Source of the DNA: an uncultured Actinomycetota bacterium
GTDB lineage: Bacteria > Actinomycetota > Actinomycetes > Propionibacteriales > Propionibacteriaceae
Assembly: GCA_963713165.1 (NCBI GenBank)
Contig: CAVQKU010000002.1
Span: 566,845 to 630,844 of the forward strand
Direction of reading: 5' to 3'
Length of the DNA stretch: 64,000 bases
In this document: positions 22,089-31,151 of the stretch, in pieces
Layout: every line of letters begins with the position of its first letter
How positions within the stretch are numbered: the first letter of the stretch is position 1
Position numbers and translations under genes: made by a program
Notes under the pieces: generated by a model
Databases searched by the model: none
The model's input: the letters and a program-made list of their open reading frames with translations, nothing else
What the model was told of the DNA's origin: nothing

Positions 22089-22184
22089 GTGAACCCCCGG
22101 ACGCGCCGCCTGATCGTGTCCGGCGTGCTCGCCGGCCTCGTGGTCCTCGTGCTGGTGGCCGCGCTGCTGCGCACGTACGGCTGA
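22089..22184 (+). CDS. 31-aa single-TM small protein
   Basis: VNPRTRRLIVSGVLAGLVVLVLVAALLRTYG; TATCCT -10 lies 6 nt before the GTG; basic N-terminus plus one TM helix. Confidence 0.6.
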   Translation: MNPRTRRLIVSGVLAGLVVLVLVAALLRTYG

Positions 22185-22309
22185 TGAGCGCGTCCCGCCG
22201 TGCGTGGCGCGTCGCCCGCGCACGGCTCGTCGGCGGAGACTGGACGCACGTACGCTGCCGCCTGGTCGCCCGACCAGCTGCGGCCGGGACTTCAGAGCGG
22301 GAGCACGGG

Positions 22310-23287
22310 ATGCGAAGGCGCGCGGCGCTGCGGGGGACGGCCGCGGCGGTGGCCGCGCTGGGCCTGGCGGTGGTCTTCCCGGTCACGGCGGGCGCGGCGG
22401 GCAAGGTCGCCTTCACGATCAAGGACAGCCGGATCACCGAGGACTCCGGGATGGCCCGCGACACGACCAACAAGGTCTACTGGACGGTCAACGACTCGGG
22501 GGCGCTCGGGGTCGTCTACGGCGTCGACTCCACGGGCAGGGTCAAGGGCACGCTGCGCTACAACGCCTTCCCCGTCGACGCCGAGGCCGTCGCCTGGCGC
22601 AAGGACCGCCTCTACGTCGGCGACATCGGCGACAACGACGAGAAGCGCAAGACGATCCGCGTCTACTACTTCGACGACCCCAGGCCCGACGACCAGGTCC
22701 GGAGCTACCGCGCGTACGACTTCCGCTACCCCGATGGCGCGCACGACGCGGAGACGCTGCTCGTCACCGGAGCCGGCGTCCTCTACGTCGCGACGAAGGA
22801 GGCGCAGGGCGGGCTCTACCGCGCGCCGGAGAAGCCGAGCCGCGCCGGGGTCAACACGCTCAAGCGCATCAAGGACGTCCCCGCGACGCTCACCGACGGC
22901 CTCGTCCTGCCGGGGGGCAAGGAGATCGCCTACCTGACCTACGGCAAGGTCCTCGTCGTCAACGGCACCTCCGGGCAGGTCGTCGCGTCGGAGGACGTGA
23001 CCGACGTCGGCCAGGCGGAGGCGCTGACGCTGTCGCTGGACGGCAGGTCGCTCCTGGTGGGCGGCGAGGGCAAGAACGCCAAGGTCGTCTCCATGCCGGT
23101 CCCCGGCGCGGCGAGCGCGTCGCCGAGCGCCTCGCCGTCGTCCGACCCCGGTTCCGACGTGGACCCCGGGGACACCTCCGCCACACCCGTGGCCCGGCAG
23201 CGGGGGACCTACCTCGCCGTCGGCCTGGCCGGGGTCGTCGCCGTGGTGGCCGGCGTCGTCGTGGCCGTGGTCCGCCGACCGGGCTGA
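22310..23287 (+). CDS. Secreted, C-terminally anchored beta-propeller-like protein
   Basis: Signal peptide MRRRAAL..AGA; EDSG..WTVNDSG, DAEAVA..LYVGDIGDN, YPDGAHDAETL; Ser/Pro linker and C-terminal TM followed by RR. Confidence 0.75.
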   Translation: MRRRAALRGTAAAVAALGLAVVFPVTAGAAGKVAFTIKDSRITEDSGMARDTTNKVYWTVNDSGALGVVYGVDSTGRVKGTLRYNAFPVDAEAVAWRKDRLYVGDIGDNDEKRKTIRVYYFDDPRPDDQVRSYRAYDFRYPDGAHDAETLLVTGAGVLYVATKEAQGGLYRAPEKPSRAGVNTLKRIKDVPATLTDGLVLPGGKEIAYLTYGKVLVVNGTSGQVVASEDVTDVGQAEALTLSLDGRSLLVGGEGKNAKVVSMPVPGAASASPSASPSSDPGSDVDPGDTSATPVARQRGTYLAVGLAGVVAVVAGVVVAVVRRPG

Positions 23288-23330
23288 CCCGGACCGGCGC
23301 CCGGCGAGCCGCGGTCGTCGCCCGGCCCGG

Positions 23331-24452
23331 TCAGGCCCCGAGGCGGGGGACGAGCCAGTCGACGCAGGCGAGCAGCGCGCTCACGTCGTCGGGGTCGATG
23401 TTCGGGAACAGGCCGACGCGCAGCTGGTTGCGGCCGAGCTTGCGGTAGGGCTCGGTGTCGACCACGCCGTTCTCGCGCAGGGCCGCGGCGAGGCGGGCCG
23501 CGTCCACGCCCTCGAAGTCGACCGTCGCGACGACGGGGGAGCGGTGCGCCGGCTCCGCGACGAACGGGGTCGCGTACGCCGACGCCTCGGCCCAGCCGTA
23601 GACGCGCGCGGCCGAGTCGGCCGTCCGGGCGGCCGCGCCCGGGAGGCCGCCGAGCCCGAGGAGCCAGCGCAGCTGCTCGCGCATCAGGAAGAGCGTCGCG
23701 ATCGCCGGGGTGTTCAGGGTCTGCTCGAGGCGGGAGTTGGTCAGGGCGACCGCGAGGCTCAGGCTCTCCGGGACCCAGCGCCCGCTCGCCGCGATGCGCC
23801 CGACGCGCTCCACCGCGGCGGGGGAGAGCAGCGCGAACCACAGCCCGCCCTCGGAGCCGAAGCCCTTCTGCGGCGCGAAGTAGTAGACGTCGGTCTGGCT
23901 GACGTCCAGCTCCACGCCACCGGCGGCGGAGGTCCCGTCGACCACGACGAGGGCGCCCGCGTCGGCGCCCGCCACGCGCCGTACCGGGGCGATCGCGCCG
24001 GTGGAGGTCTCGTTGTGCGCCCAGGCGTAGGTGTCGACGCCCGCGACCGCGGTCGGCACCGCGACGGAGCCGACGGGGGCCGTCACCACGCTGGGGGCCT
24101 CCAGGTGCGGGGCCGCGGCGGCGGCGGCGGTGAACTTGGCCGAGAACTCCCCGAAGCTCGCGTGCGCGCTGCGCCGCTCGACGAGCGAGGCGACGGCGAC
24201 GTCCCAGAAGGTGGTGGACCCGCCGTTGCCGAGCACGACCTCGTACCCCTCGGGCAGCGCGAAGAGCTCGGCCAGACCGCGGCGCACGTCCCCGACCAGC
24301 GAGCGCACGGGCTGCTGGCGGTGCGAGGTGCCGAGGAGGCGGGCGCCCTCGCCGGCCAGGGCGGCGACCGCCTCGGGCCGGATCTTCGAGGGCCCGCAGC
24401 CGAAGCGGCCGTCGGCGGGCAGCAGGTCGGCGGGGATCCGGAGGTCCGTCAC
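23331..24452 (-). CDS. serC: Phosphoserine aminotransferase
   Basis: DGRFGCGPSK, LLGTSHRQ, AHNETSTG, VDGTSAAGG, YYFAPQKGF, QTLNTP. Confidence 0.95.
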   Translation of the reverse strand: MTDLRIPADLLPADGRFGCGPSKIRPEAVAALAGEGARLLGTSHRQQPVRSLVGDVRRGLAELFALPEGYEVVLGNGGSTTFWDVAVASLVERRSAHASFGEFSAKFTAAAAAAPHLEAPSVVTAPVGSVAVPTAVAGVDTYAWAHNETSTGAIAPVRRVAGADAGALVVVDGTSAAGGVELDVSQTDVYYFAPQKGFGSEGGLWFALLSPAAVERVGRIAASGRWVPESLSLAVALTNSRLEQTLNTPAIATLFLMREQLRWLLGLGGLPGAAARTADSAARVYGWAEASAYATPFVAEPAHRSPVVATVDFEGVDAARLAAALRENGVVDTEPYRKLGRNQLRVGLFPNIDPDDVSALLACVDWLVPRLGA

Positions 24453-24572
24453 GATCGCTCATCCTCCCACCGGGCCGCCGGTGGCACCCGGCCGTTCCGC
24501 GTACGGGCCCGCACCCGGACCGGGCGGTCTGCCGTGTCGCGCACGGCCGAGCCGTCCTGCCAGGATGGGACC

Positions 24573-25220
24573 GTGCCCGACCTCGCCGCCGAACGGATGG
24601 ACTACGACGCCGGCACCCTGCGGGAGGAGTCGGCACCGCTCGAGCCGTACGCGCTGTTCGACGCCTGGCTGGCCGACGCGTTCGAGGCGAAGGCGCAGGG
24701 CCGGCTCCCCGAGCCGACGGCGATGGTCGTCGCGACCTCGCTCGGCGACCGGCCGAGCTCACGCACGGTGCTGCTGAAGGCCGTCGAGGACGGCACGTTC
24801 GTGTTCTTCAGCAACTACGACTCGGCCAAGGGCCACGACCTCGTCGTCAACCCGTACGTGGCGCTGCACTTCGGCTGGTACCCCCTGCAGCGCCAGGTCC
24901 GGGTCGAGGGGCTGGCCCGGCGGGTGCCGCGCGAGGAGTCGGAGGCGTACTTCGCCACCCGCCCGCGCGGCTCCCAGCTCGGCGCCTGGGCCTCGGCCCA
25001 GTCCAGCGCCGTGAGCGGTGTCGAGGAGCTCGAGGCGGCGTACGCGCGGGTGGAGCGGCGCTTCGAGGGCGTGGAGGTCCCGTGCCCACCGCACTGGGGC
25101 GGGTTCGGTGTGCGGCCGTCGATGCTCGAGTTCTGGCAGGGCCAGCCCAGCCGCATGCACGACCGCCTCCGCTACGACCGCACCGACCGCGGCTGGTCCC
25201 GCACCCGCCTCGCCCCCTGA
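24573..25220 (+). CDS. pdxH: Pyridoxamine 5'-phosphate oxidase
   Basis: EPTAMVVAT, PSSRTVLLK, FFSNYDSAKG, RQVRVEG, SQLGAWAS, EFWQGQPSRMHDR. Confidence 0.95.
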   Translation: MPDLAAERMDYDAGTLREESAPLEPYALFDAWLADAFEAKAQGRLPEPTAMVVATSLGDRPSSRTVLLKAVEDGTFVFFSNYDSAKGHDLVVNPYVALHFGWYPLQRQVRVEGLARRVPREESEAYFATRPRGSQLGAWASAQSSAVSGVEELEAAYARVERRFEGVEVPCPPHWGGFGVRPSMLEFWQGQPSRMHDRLRYDRTDRGWSRTRLAP

Positions 25221-25225
25221 CGAGC

Positions 25226-25270
25226 ACTGGGTGTGATCGTGCACCGTCACGGTGCAGGATCACCCCCAGT
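25226..25270. repeat. Left hairpin (22-bp stem) with 27-bp core GATCGTGCACCGTCACGGTGCAGGATC
   Basis: actgggtgtgatcgtgcaccgt-c-acggtgcaggatcacccccagt, 2 mismatches; core at 25235-25261. Confidence 0.9.
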
Positions 25271-26226
25271 CCTCACCCGGTACGCGACGACAGCGCGCGC
25301 ACCGCGTGAGGACGCCGTCCCAGCCGTGCTGCTGCAGCAGCCTCGCCGACCTGACGCGCGACCTGGCACGGGCGGCCGACGAGGTCCGCGTGACCGAAGC
25401 GGAGCGTCGCCAGGCCGTCCAGGAGGGCGAGGTTGTCTCGCTCCATGTCGCGGAACCGACCCAGCCCCTCGTGCCCGAGCCGGCCGTCGAGCTCGACGAC
25501 GACCCCGAAGGGGAGGTACAGCACGTCGCGCCAACCGCGGCGACGCCCGGTGGGGGCCTGGCGGGTCCCGTCGGGCAACCCGTGGGCGCGCTCCACGTCG
25601 TGCAGGTAACGGAGCTCGATCGGTGACTCGGCCCCGACGGCGACGTCGGCCAGGAGGCTCTCCAGCAGCCGGCGGTGCGGTGCGCGCGGCCGTGCGGCGA
25701 GGGCCCGCCGCAGGCGCGCGGGCGTCGTCCGGCGGCGCTGCACGGCGGTCGTGAGCCAGCCGACGGCCTCGTCGGGCCGGCCGTCGGCGCACAGGTCGAG
25801 GACGGTGTCCTCGACCGTCGTCCTCGGGGGGTCACCCACCGAGCGCGCTCCGCGGACGCCGGGCCGCTCGCGGCGGAACTCCCAGCCGGCCCTGAGGGGT
25901 GGCTGACGGGTGTGCGGCACCAGGACGCGGACCAGCTCGGGCTCCTCGTCGTGCAGGCCGTGGAGCCGTGCCGCGGCCAGGCTGCCGATGCGTGACCCGG
26001 AGCCACCGAGCAGGACGCCGGCCCAGGCCCGGGCCAGGAGGGTCGGGTCGACGTCGACCATGAGGAAGACCCCCGGCGCGAGGCGTCGCCAGTGACCCTG
26101 GTGCACGAGGCGAGCGACGACACGGTCGGAGAGCCCGTGGCCGAGCGCCTGCTCGCGTGACACGACCTGCGCCTGGGCCGCACCCAGGCCACGGAGGTCG
26201 GCGAGCGCGTTGCGGGACGAGTGCAC
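25260..26226 (-). CDS. AbiEi-type wHTH plus DUF559/Vsr-like PD-(D/E)xK nuclease-domain protein; apparent frameshift near 25341
   Basis: QAQVVSREQAL..GHWRRLAPGVF (AbiEi_4-like), TTVEDTVLDL, AESPIELRY, WRDVLY..VVELDGRLGH..RDMERDN..LRFG; a plausible C-terminus LLQQHGWDGVLTRCARC is one base out of frame (stop 25260), whereas the unshifted frame stops at 25273. Confidence 0.75.
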
Positions 26227-26283
26227 CTCGAAAGTCTCGGCCCGCTCAGCACCCTCCGACCTGGTTGTGCACAGCCGGACATG

Positions 26284-26332
26284 GCCGTGGGTGGGATCCT
26301 GCACCGTGACGGTGCACGATCCCACCCACGGC
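26284..26332. repeat. Right hairpin (24-bp stem); its core is the exact reverse complement of the left core
   Basis: gccgtgggtgggatcctgcaccgt-g-acggtgcacgatcccacccacggc, 1 mismatch; core at 26295-26321. Confidence 0.9.
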
Positions 26333-26343
26333 GGAGACCGGGC

Positions 26344-26958
26344 TCAGATGAGGCCGGGCGTCTGCGCCTTCGCCTTGAGGAAGCGCTCCTGGGCGTCGGC
26401 CCAGTTGACGACGTTCCACCACGCCTTGGCGTAGTCGGCCTTCACGTTGCGGTACTGCAGGTAGAAGGCGTGCTCCCACATGTCGAGGAGCAGCACCGGG
26501 ATCTGCGCGAGCGGCAGGTTGCCCTGCTGGTCGTAGAGCTGGACGACGTTCAGCCGCTGGCCGAGGGCGTCCCAGACCAGCATCGACCAGCCCGAGCCCT
26601 GGATCGCGTTCGCGTTGGCCTCGAACTGCGCCCGGAAGCCGTCGAAGCTGCCGAAGAACTCGTCGATCGCCGCCGCGAGCTCACCGGTCGGCTTGTCGCC
26701 GCCGTCGGGGGACATGTTCGGCCAGAAGACCGAGTGGTTGATGTGGCCGCCGAGGTGGAAGGCGAGCGTCTTCTCCAGGCCGTTGATGGGGCCGAAGGCG
26801 TTCTTGTCACGGGCCTCGGCCAGCTGGTCGATGACCGTGTTGATGCCGGCGACGTAGGTCGCGTGGTGCTTGTCGTGGTGCAGCTGCATGATCTCGCCCG
26901 AGATGTGCGGCTCGAGAGCGCTGTAGTCGTACGGGAGATCAGGGAGTGTGTACGCCAT
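26344..26958 (-). CDS. sodA: Superoxide dismutase [Mn/Fe]
   Basis: [45 protein letters not shown]; TATGGT -10 lies 7 nt before the ATG. Confidence 0.96.
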   Translation of the reverse strand: MAYTLPDLPYDYSALEPHISGEIMQLHHDKHHATYVAGINTVIDQLAEARDKNAFGPINGLEKTLAFHLGGHINHSVFWPNMSPDGGDKPTGELAAAIDEFFGSFDGFRAQFEANANAIQGSGWSMLVWDALGQRLNVVQLYDQQGNLPLAQIPVLLLDMWEHAFYLQYRNVKADYAKAWWNVVNWADAQERFLKAKAQTPGLI

Positions 26959-27001
26959 GCCCACCACCATACGAAGGGGTGGGGGGCCGCGGCGGTGGGG
27001 G

Positions 27002-27607
27002 TCAGCCCTGCGCCGTGCTCACCAGCAGCACCCGGAACCCCTTGCTGCTCGCGACGCGCGTGCAGCCGAACCCCTGCTCGACGAGCCAGCGCTGCAGCGT
27101 GTCCGCGCCGAGGTTCTTCGACACCACCAGGCGCGCCTCGCCGGCGGGCGCGAGCCGGGGCAGCCAGGTCAGCAGCAGGGCGTGCAGGGCCTGCTTGCCG
27201 ACGCGGATCGGCGGGTTCGACCAGATCTGGTCGTACGTCCGCCCGGGCTCGACGTCGGCGGGACGCATCACGCGGACCCGGTCGGCGACGCCGAGCGCGG
27301 CGGCGTTGTCGCGGCAGAGCGCGAGGGCCCGCTCGTTGACGTCGACCGCGTCGACGCGTGCCGCGGGGCAGGCCAGCGCGATCCCCAGCGCGACCGGCCC
27401 GTAGCCGCAGCCGAGGTCGAGCACGGTCGGGGCGCCCGTCGGTGGCGCGGACTCCCGCAGCAGCACCTCGGTGCCGCGGTCGAGCCCGTCGCCGGCGAAG
27501 ACGCCGTTCGCCGTGGTCAGCGTGAACGGACGTCCCCACACCTCGACCTCGACCTGGCGCCGGTGCTCGGGCCCGCTGGGGGTCTCGGTGAAGTAGTGCG
27601 CGCTCAC
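27002..27607 (-). CDS. Small class I SAM methyltransferase (MTS/RsmC-like)
   Basis: [38 protein letters not shown]. Confidence 0.88.
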   Translation of the reverse strand: MSAHYFTETPSGPEHRRQVEVEVWGRPFTLTTANGVFAGDGLDRGTEVLLRESAPPTGAPTVLDLGCGYGPVALGIALACPAARVDAVDVNERALALCRDNAAALGVADRVRVMRPADVEPGRTYDQIWSNPPIRVGKQALHALLLTWLPRLAPAGEARLVVSKNLGADTLQRWLVEQGFGCTRVASSKGFRVLLVSTAQG

Positions 27608-28437
27608 GCGAGCACCCGGACGGCCCGCGCCTCGCCGGCCCGGCGGGCGAGCTCCTCGTCGGCCGGGTAGCCGACCTCCTCCAGCGTCAGCCCGCGCGCC
27701 GGCAGCACCGGGACCGACGAGACCCGGGACGGGGCGTCGAGCAGCGCGACGAGCCACCCGGGGTCGCGCCGACCGTCCATCACGGCGACGAGCGCCCCGA
27801 CCAGCGAGCGCACCATCGAGTGGCAGAACGCGTCCGCCCGCACCGTCACCTCCACCACGCCGGCCAGCGGGCCCGACGCCACCCGCTCCAGGTCCAGGTC
27901 GAGCAGCGTACGGATGGTCGTCGCGCCCTCGCGCCGCTTGCAGAAGGCCGCGAAGTCGTGGAGCCCGAGCAGCCCTCGTGCCGCGGCGGAGAGCCGGTCG
28001 ACCTGCAGGGTGCCGGGGACGTCCTGGACGAACCCGCGCACCAGCGGGTCGCGCACCGACGCCTCGTCGGCGAGCCGGTAGACGTAGCGGCGCCACACCG
28101 CGGCGAACCGCGCGTCGAACCCCTCCGGCGCCACCCGCGCCGCGCGCACGACGAGGTCGGGCGGCAGCACGCGCGCCAGGCGCCGGGCCAGCTCCTGCGG
28201 CGTCGAGCCCACCCCGGCGGGCACGTCGACGTGGACGACCTGGCCGCGCGCGTGCACGCCGGCGTCGGTGCGCCCCGCGCACACCAGGGTGGGGGCGGGG
28301 TCGAGGCGCAGCACCGTGCCCGTCCAGCGCTCGAGCTCGCCGGCGACGGTCCGCAGACCGGGCTGCGTGGCCCAGCCCGCGAACCCCGCCCCGTCGTACG
28401 CGACGTCGAGGCGCCAGCGCTGCGTCGGCTCAGGCAC
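27604..28437 (-). CDS. truA: tRNA pseudouridine(38-40) synthase
   Basis: LDVAYDG..F.GW, CAGRTDAGVHARGQ, HDFAAFC, ADAFCHSMVRSLVG, GLTLEEVGY. Confidence 0.95.
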   Translation of the reverse strand: MPEPTQRWRLDVAYDGAGFAGWATQPGLRTVAGELERWTGTVLRLDPAPTLVCAGRTDAGVHARGQVVHVDVPAGVGSTPQELARRLARVLPPDLVVRAARVAPEGFDARFAAVWRRYVYRLADEASVRDPLVRGFVQDVPGTLQVDRLSAAARGLLGLHDFAAFCKRREGATTIRTLLDLDLERVASGPLAGVVEVTVRADAFCHSMVRSLVGALVAVMDGRRDPGWLVALLDAPSRVSSVPVLPARGLTLEEVGYPADEELARRAGEARAVRVLA

Positions 28438-29140
28438 GCCGGAGGACCAGGTCGGTGATGGCGCGGCCCTCGGCCGTGCCGCGGCGCTCGAACCGGGTGA
28501 CCGGGCGGTCACCGCGGTCGGTGCTCTCGAGGGCGAGGTCCGGGTGGGCGCCGAGGACGTCGCGCATCCGCTCGGCGTAGCCGTCCCAGTCCGTCGCCAG
28601 CCGCCAGAGCCCGCCCGGGGCGAGGCGGGAGGCCACGAGGTCGGCGAACGCCGGGTCGACCAGCCGGCGCTTGTGGTGCTTGGCCTTCGGCCAGGGGTCG
28701 GGGAAGAAGGTCCAGACCTCGCTCAGCGAACCCTCGCCCAGGAGCCGTTCGAGGCCTGCGACAGCGTCGACGGGCGCCACCCGGACGTTGCCGACGTCCT
28801 CCCGCACGAGCCGGGCCACGAGGGCCGCGACGGCGGGCTCGTAGACCTCGAAGGCCAGCACGTCGACCTCGGGTCGCGCCGACGCCATGGCGACCAGCGA
28901 GTCACCCGGGCCGCAGCCGATCTCGACCACGACCGGTGCCTGCCGGCCGAAGAGCGCGGGCAGGTCGAGCCGGGGCGCGTCCGCGGCGACCGAGGTGCGG
29001 AGCTCGCCCTGCGCGACGTCGAGCACCAGCCCGCCGAGCTGCGCGTCGTACGTGCGCCGCAGCGAGTCGCGCATCCGGGCCGAGCGCCGCACGAAGGACG
29101 TCACCTCGCGGCGCGGTCGCGGGCGGAGGTCGGTCGGCAC
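28430..29140 (-). CDS. trmB: tRNA (guanine-N7)-methyltransferase
   Basis: SFVRR, VEIGCGPG, AFEVY, FFPDPWPKAKHHKRRL, LATDW. Confidence 0.95.
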   Translation of the reverse strand: MPTDLRPRPRREVTSFVRRSARMRDSLRRTYDAQLGGLVLDVAQGELRTSVAADAPRLDLPALFGRQAPVVVEIGCGPGDSLVAMASARPEVDVLAFEVYEPAVAALVARLVREDVGNVRVAPVDAVAGLERLLGEGSLSEVWTFFPDPWPKAKHHKRRLVDPAFADLVASRLAPGGLWRLATDWDGYAERMRDVLGAHPDLALESTDRGDRPVTRFERRGTAEGRAITDLVLRRA

Positions 29141-29280
29141 GGTGCCGAAGCCTAGTCCGCCCGACCGGCCCGCGGCCCCGTCGTCACCACCGCAGCGGCA
29201 GGGACGGCACCGACGAGGGCCCTGGCGGCCGTGGGCCCGGGGTCGCCGGGGGACCCCGCCCGCGAGCGGGGTCCGAGGGC

Positions 29281-30165
29281 TCAGGAGGTGATGTCCTTGC
29301 TGGCGAAGCGCGCCCAGGCCGCCGTCATGAACACGGCCGCGTACGCGAGCGCGACGAGCAGGCCCCGGCCGATGGCGTCGGTGGCCATCGGGTCGCGCAG
29401 CAGGTCGCCGAAGGCGACCCAGTGGTCGACCAGCAGGAAGGGGTGCAGCCAGCTGACCTGCGGGATCTGGTCGAGGATGAACATCAAGACGTCCACGCCG
29501 ACGGTCGCGACGATGGCCGCGATCGGCTGCTCGGTCAGCGTGGAGACGAACATCCCGATCGCGCCCAGTGCCGCGAAGCAGGCGCTGAGGTAGAGCACGC
29601 TGAGCGCGAGGCGCCCGACGCCGTCGAGCAGGCTGGTCGTGGTCCCCGACAGCAGCACCACGTCGCCGCCGCCGAAGAGGGCGAGGCCGGCGACGACCCC
29701 GGCCAGCGCCACCAGCGCGGTGGCGACGAAGCCGAAGACCACCACGGCCGCGTACTTGGTCAGCAGCAGCCGGGTGCGCCCGGCCGGGATGGTCAGCAGG
29801 TAGCGCAGCGTGCCCTGGTTGGCCTCGCCGGCGATCGCGTCCCCCGAGGCCGCGGCGACGGCGAGCGGCAGGAAGAGCGGCAGCTCGGCGGCCAGCGCCG
29901 CGAAGGCCACGAACAGCCCGTTGCTGGTGATCGCCTCGAAGAAGCCCGGACCGTCGCCGCGCCGGCCGCTGTCGGAGGACAGCTTGATCGCGACCGCGAG
30001 CAGCACCGGGATCGCCGCGAGGACGGCGAGCAGGGCGACGTTGCGGCGCCGCCCGAAGATGATCGACAGCTCCGAGCGCAGGAAGCGCGCGGGCAGCGCG
30101 CGGCCCTGCCGCACGGGCGCGGTCCTCGGACCGCCCTGCAGCACGTCGGTCTCAGCCGCTGACAT
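29281..30165 (-). CDS. ABC-2 type transporter permease
   Basis: About 6 TM segments; GDAIAGEANQGTLRYLLT..GRTRLLLTK. Confidence 0.88.
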   Translation of the reverse strand: MSAAETDVLQGGPRTAPVRQGRALPARFLRSELSIIFGRRRNVALLAVLAAIPVLLAVAIKLSSDSGRRGDGPGFFEAITSNGLFVAFAALAAELPLFLPLAVAAASGDAIAGEANQGTLRYLLTIPAGRTRLLLTKYAAVVVFGFVATALVALAGVVAGLALFGGGDVVLLSGTTTSLLDGVGRLALSVLYLSACFAALGAIGMFVSTLTEQPIAAIVATVGVDVLMFILDQIPQVSWLHPFLLVDHWVAFGDLLRDPMATDAIGRGLLVALAYAAVFMTAAWARFASKDITS

Positions 30166-31120
30166 CGAAGCCCTCCCCGGTCAGGGACACGAAGACGTCC
30201 TCCAGCGACGGCCGCAGCACCGCGAAGCCCAGCACCGGCACCCCGTCGTTCACGAGCTCCGGCACCACCTTCTCGACGGCCACGTCACCCAGCAGCGCGG
30301 TCACGTGACCCGCCGTCGGTCGCACGTCGGTCAGGCCGAGCGTCCGCAGCACCGAGGCCGCGTCCTCGACCCGGTCGGTGTCGACGCGGACGGTCTGCTC
30401 GGTCGAGCCGTGCAGGGCGTCGAGCCGGCCCTGCGTCAGCAGGCGGCCCTCGAACATCACCCCCACGTGGCTGCACATCTGGTCGACCTCGCTGAGGAGG
30501 TGGCTGGAGACCAGGACGGTCGTGCCCTCGTCGGCGAGCTCGCCGACCAGGTGGCGCACCTCGCGGGTGCCCTGGGGGTCGAGGCCGTTGGTCGGCTCGT
30601 CGAGCACCAGGAGGTCGCGCGGGACGAGCAGCGCGTTGGCGATCGCCAGTCGCTGCCGCATGCCGAGCGAGTACGCGCGGAAGCGCTTCCTCGCGGCCGG
30701 CAGCAGCCCGACGCGGTCGAGCGCGGCGTCGATCCGCGCGGGCGCCGTACGCGCGTCGCTGTGCGGGTCGGCGGCGTCGAGGCGGGCGAGGTTGGCGCGT
30801 CCGGAGAGGTACGGGTGGAAGGCCGGGCCCTCGACCAGCGCCCCCACGCGACGCAGCGTGCGCGAGGCACCGGCCGGCATCGGCTCGCCCAGGACCTCGA
30901 TCTCGCCGGAGGTGGCGCCGATCAGCCCGAGGAGCATCCGGATCGTCGTGGTCTTGCCCGACCCGTTCGGCCCGAGGAAGCCGTAGACGGCGCCCACCGG
31001 GACCTCGAGGTCGACCGCGTCGACGGCCGTCTGGTGCCGGAACCGCTTGGTCAGCCCCCGGGTCCGGACCGACGCGGGGGAGCCGTCACCCCGCGCCGGA
31101 CCCGTCACGTCCGCGCTCAT
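30152..31120 (-). CDS. ABC transporter ATP-binding protein
   Basis: GFLGPNGSGKTT, YSLGMRQRL, LDEPTNGLDP, SSH; alternative start at 31183. Confidence 0.92.
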   Translation of the reverse strand: MSADVTGPARGDGSPASVRTRGLTKRFRHQTAVDAVDLEVPVGAVYGFLGPNGSGKTTTIRMLLGLIGATSGEIEVLGEPMPAGASRTLRRVGALVEGPAFHPYLSGRANLARLDAADPHSDARTAPARIDAALDRVGLLPAARKRFRAYSLGMRQRLAIANALLVPRDLLVLDEPTNGLDPQGTREVRHLVGELADEGTTVLVSSHLLSEVDQMCSHVGVMFEGRLLTQGRLDALHGSTEQTVRVDTDRVEDAASVLRTLGLTDVRPTAGHVTALLGDVAVEKVVPELVNDGVPVLGFAVLRPSLEDVFVSLTGEGFDVSG

Positions 31121-31151
31121 GCGCGGCGCCTGCTCCGCGTCCTCGCGCCCG

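Larger units (their letters stand above)
25226..26332 (-). mobile_element. Putative palindrome-flanked nuclease cassette (REP/RAYT-like architecture)
   Basis: Single nuclease-domain gene between inverted copies of an identical 27-bp palindromic core, inserted between the housekeeping genes pdxH and sodA; no target-site duplication seen. Confidence 0.45.

Noticed and set aside
25273-26226. Type IV toxin-antitoxin (AbiEi/AbiEii) system
   Set aside because: No adjacent nucleotidyltransferase toxin gene; the neighbours are pdxH and sodA.
25220-26344. Classical IS element with target-site duplication
   Set aside because: No DDE or HUH transposase motifs and no direct repeat flanking the two hairpins.
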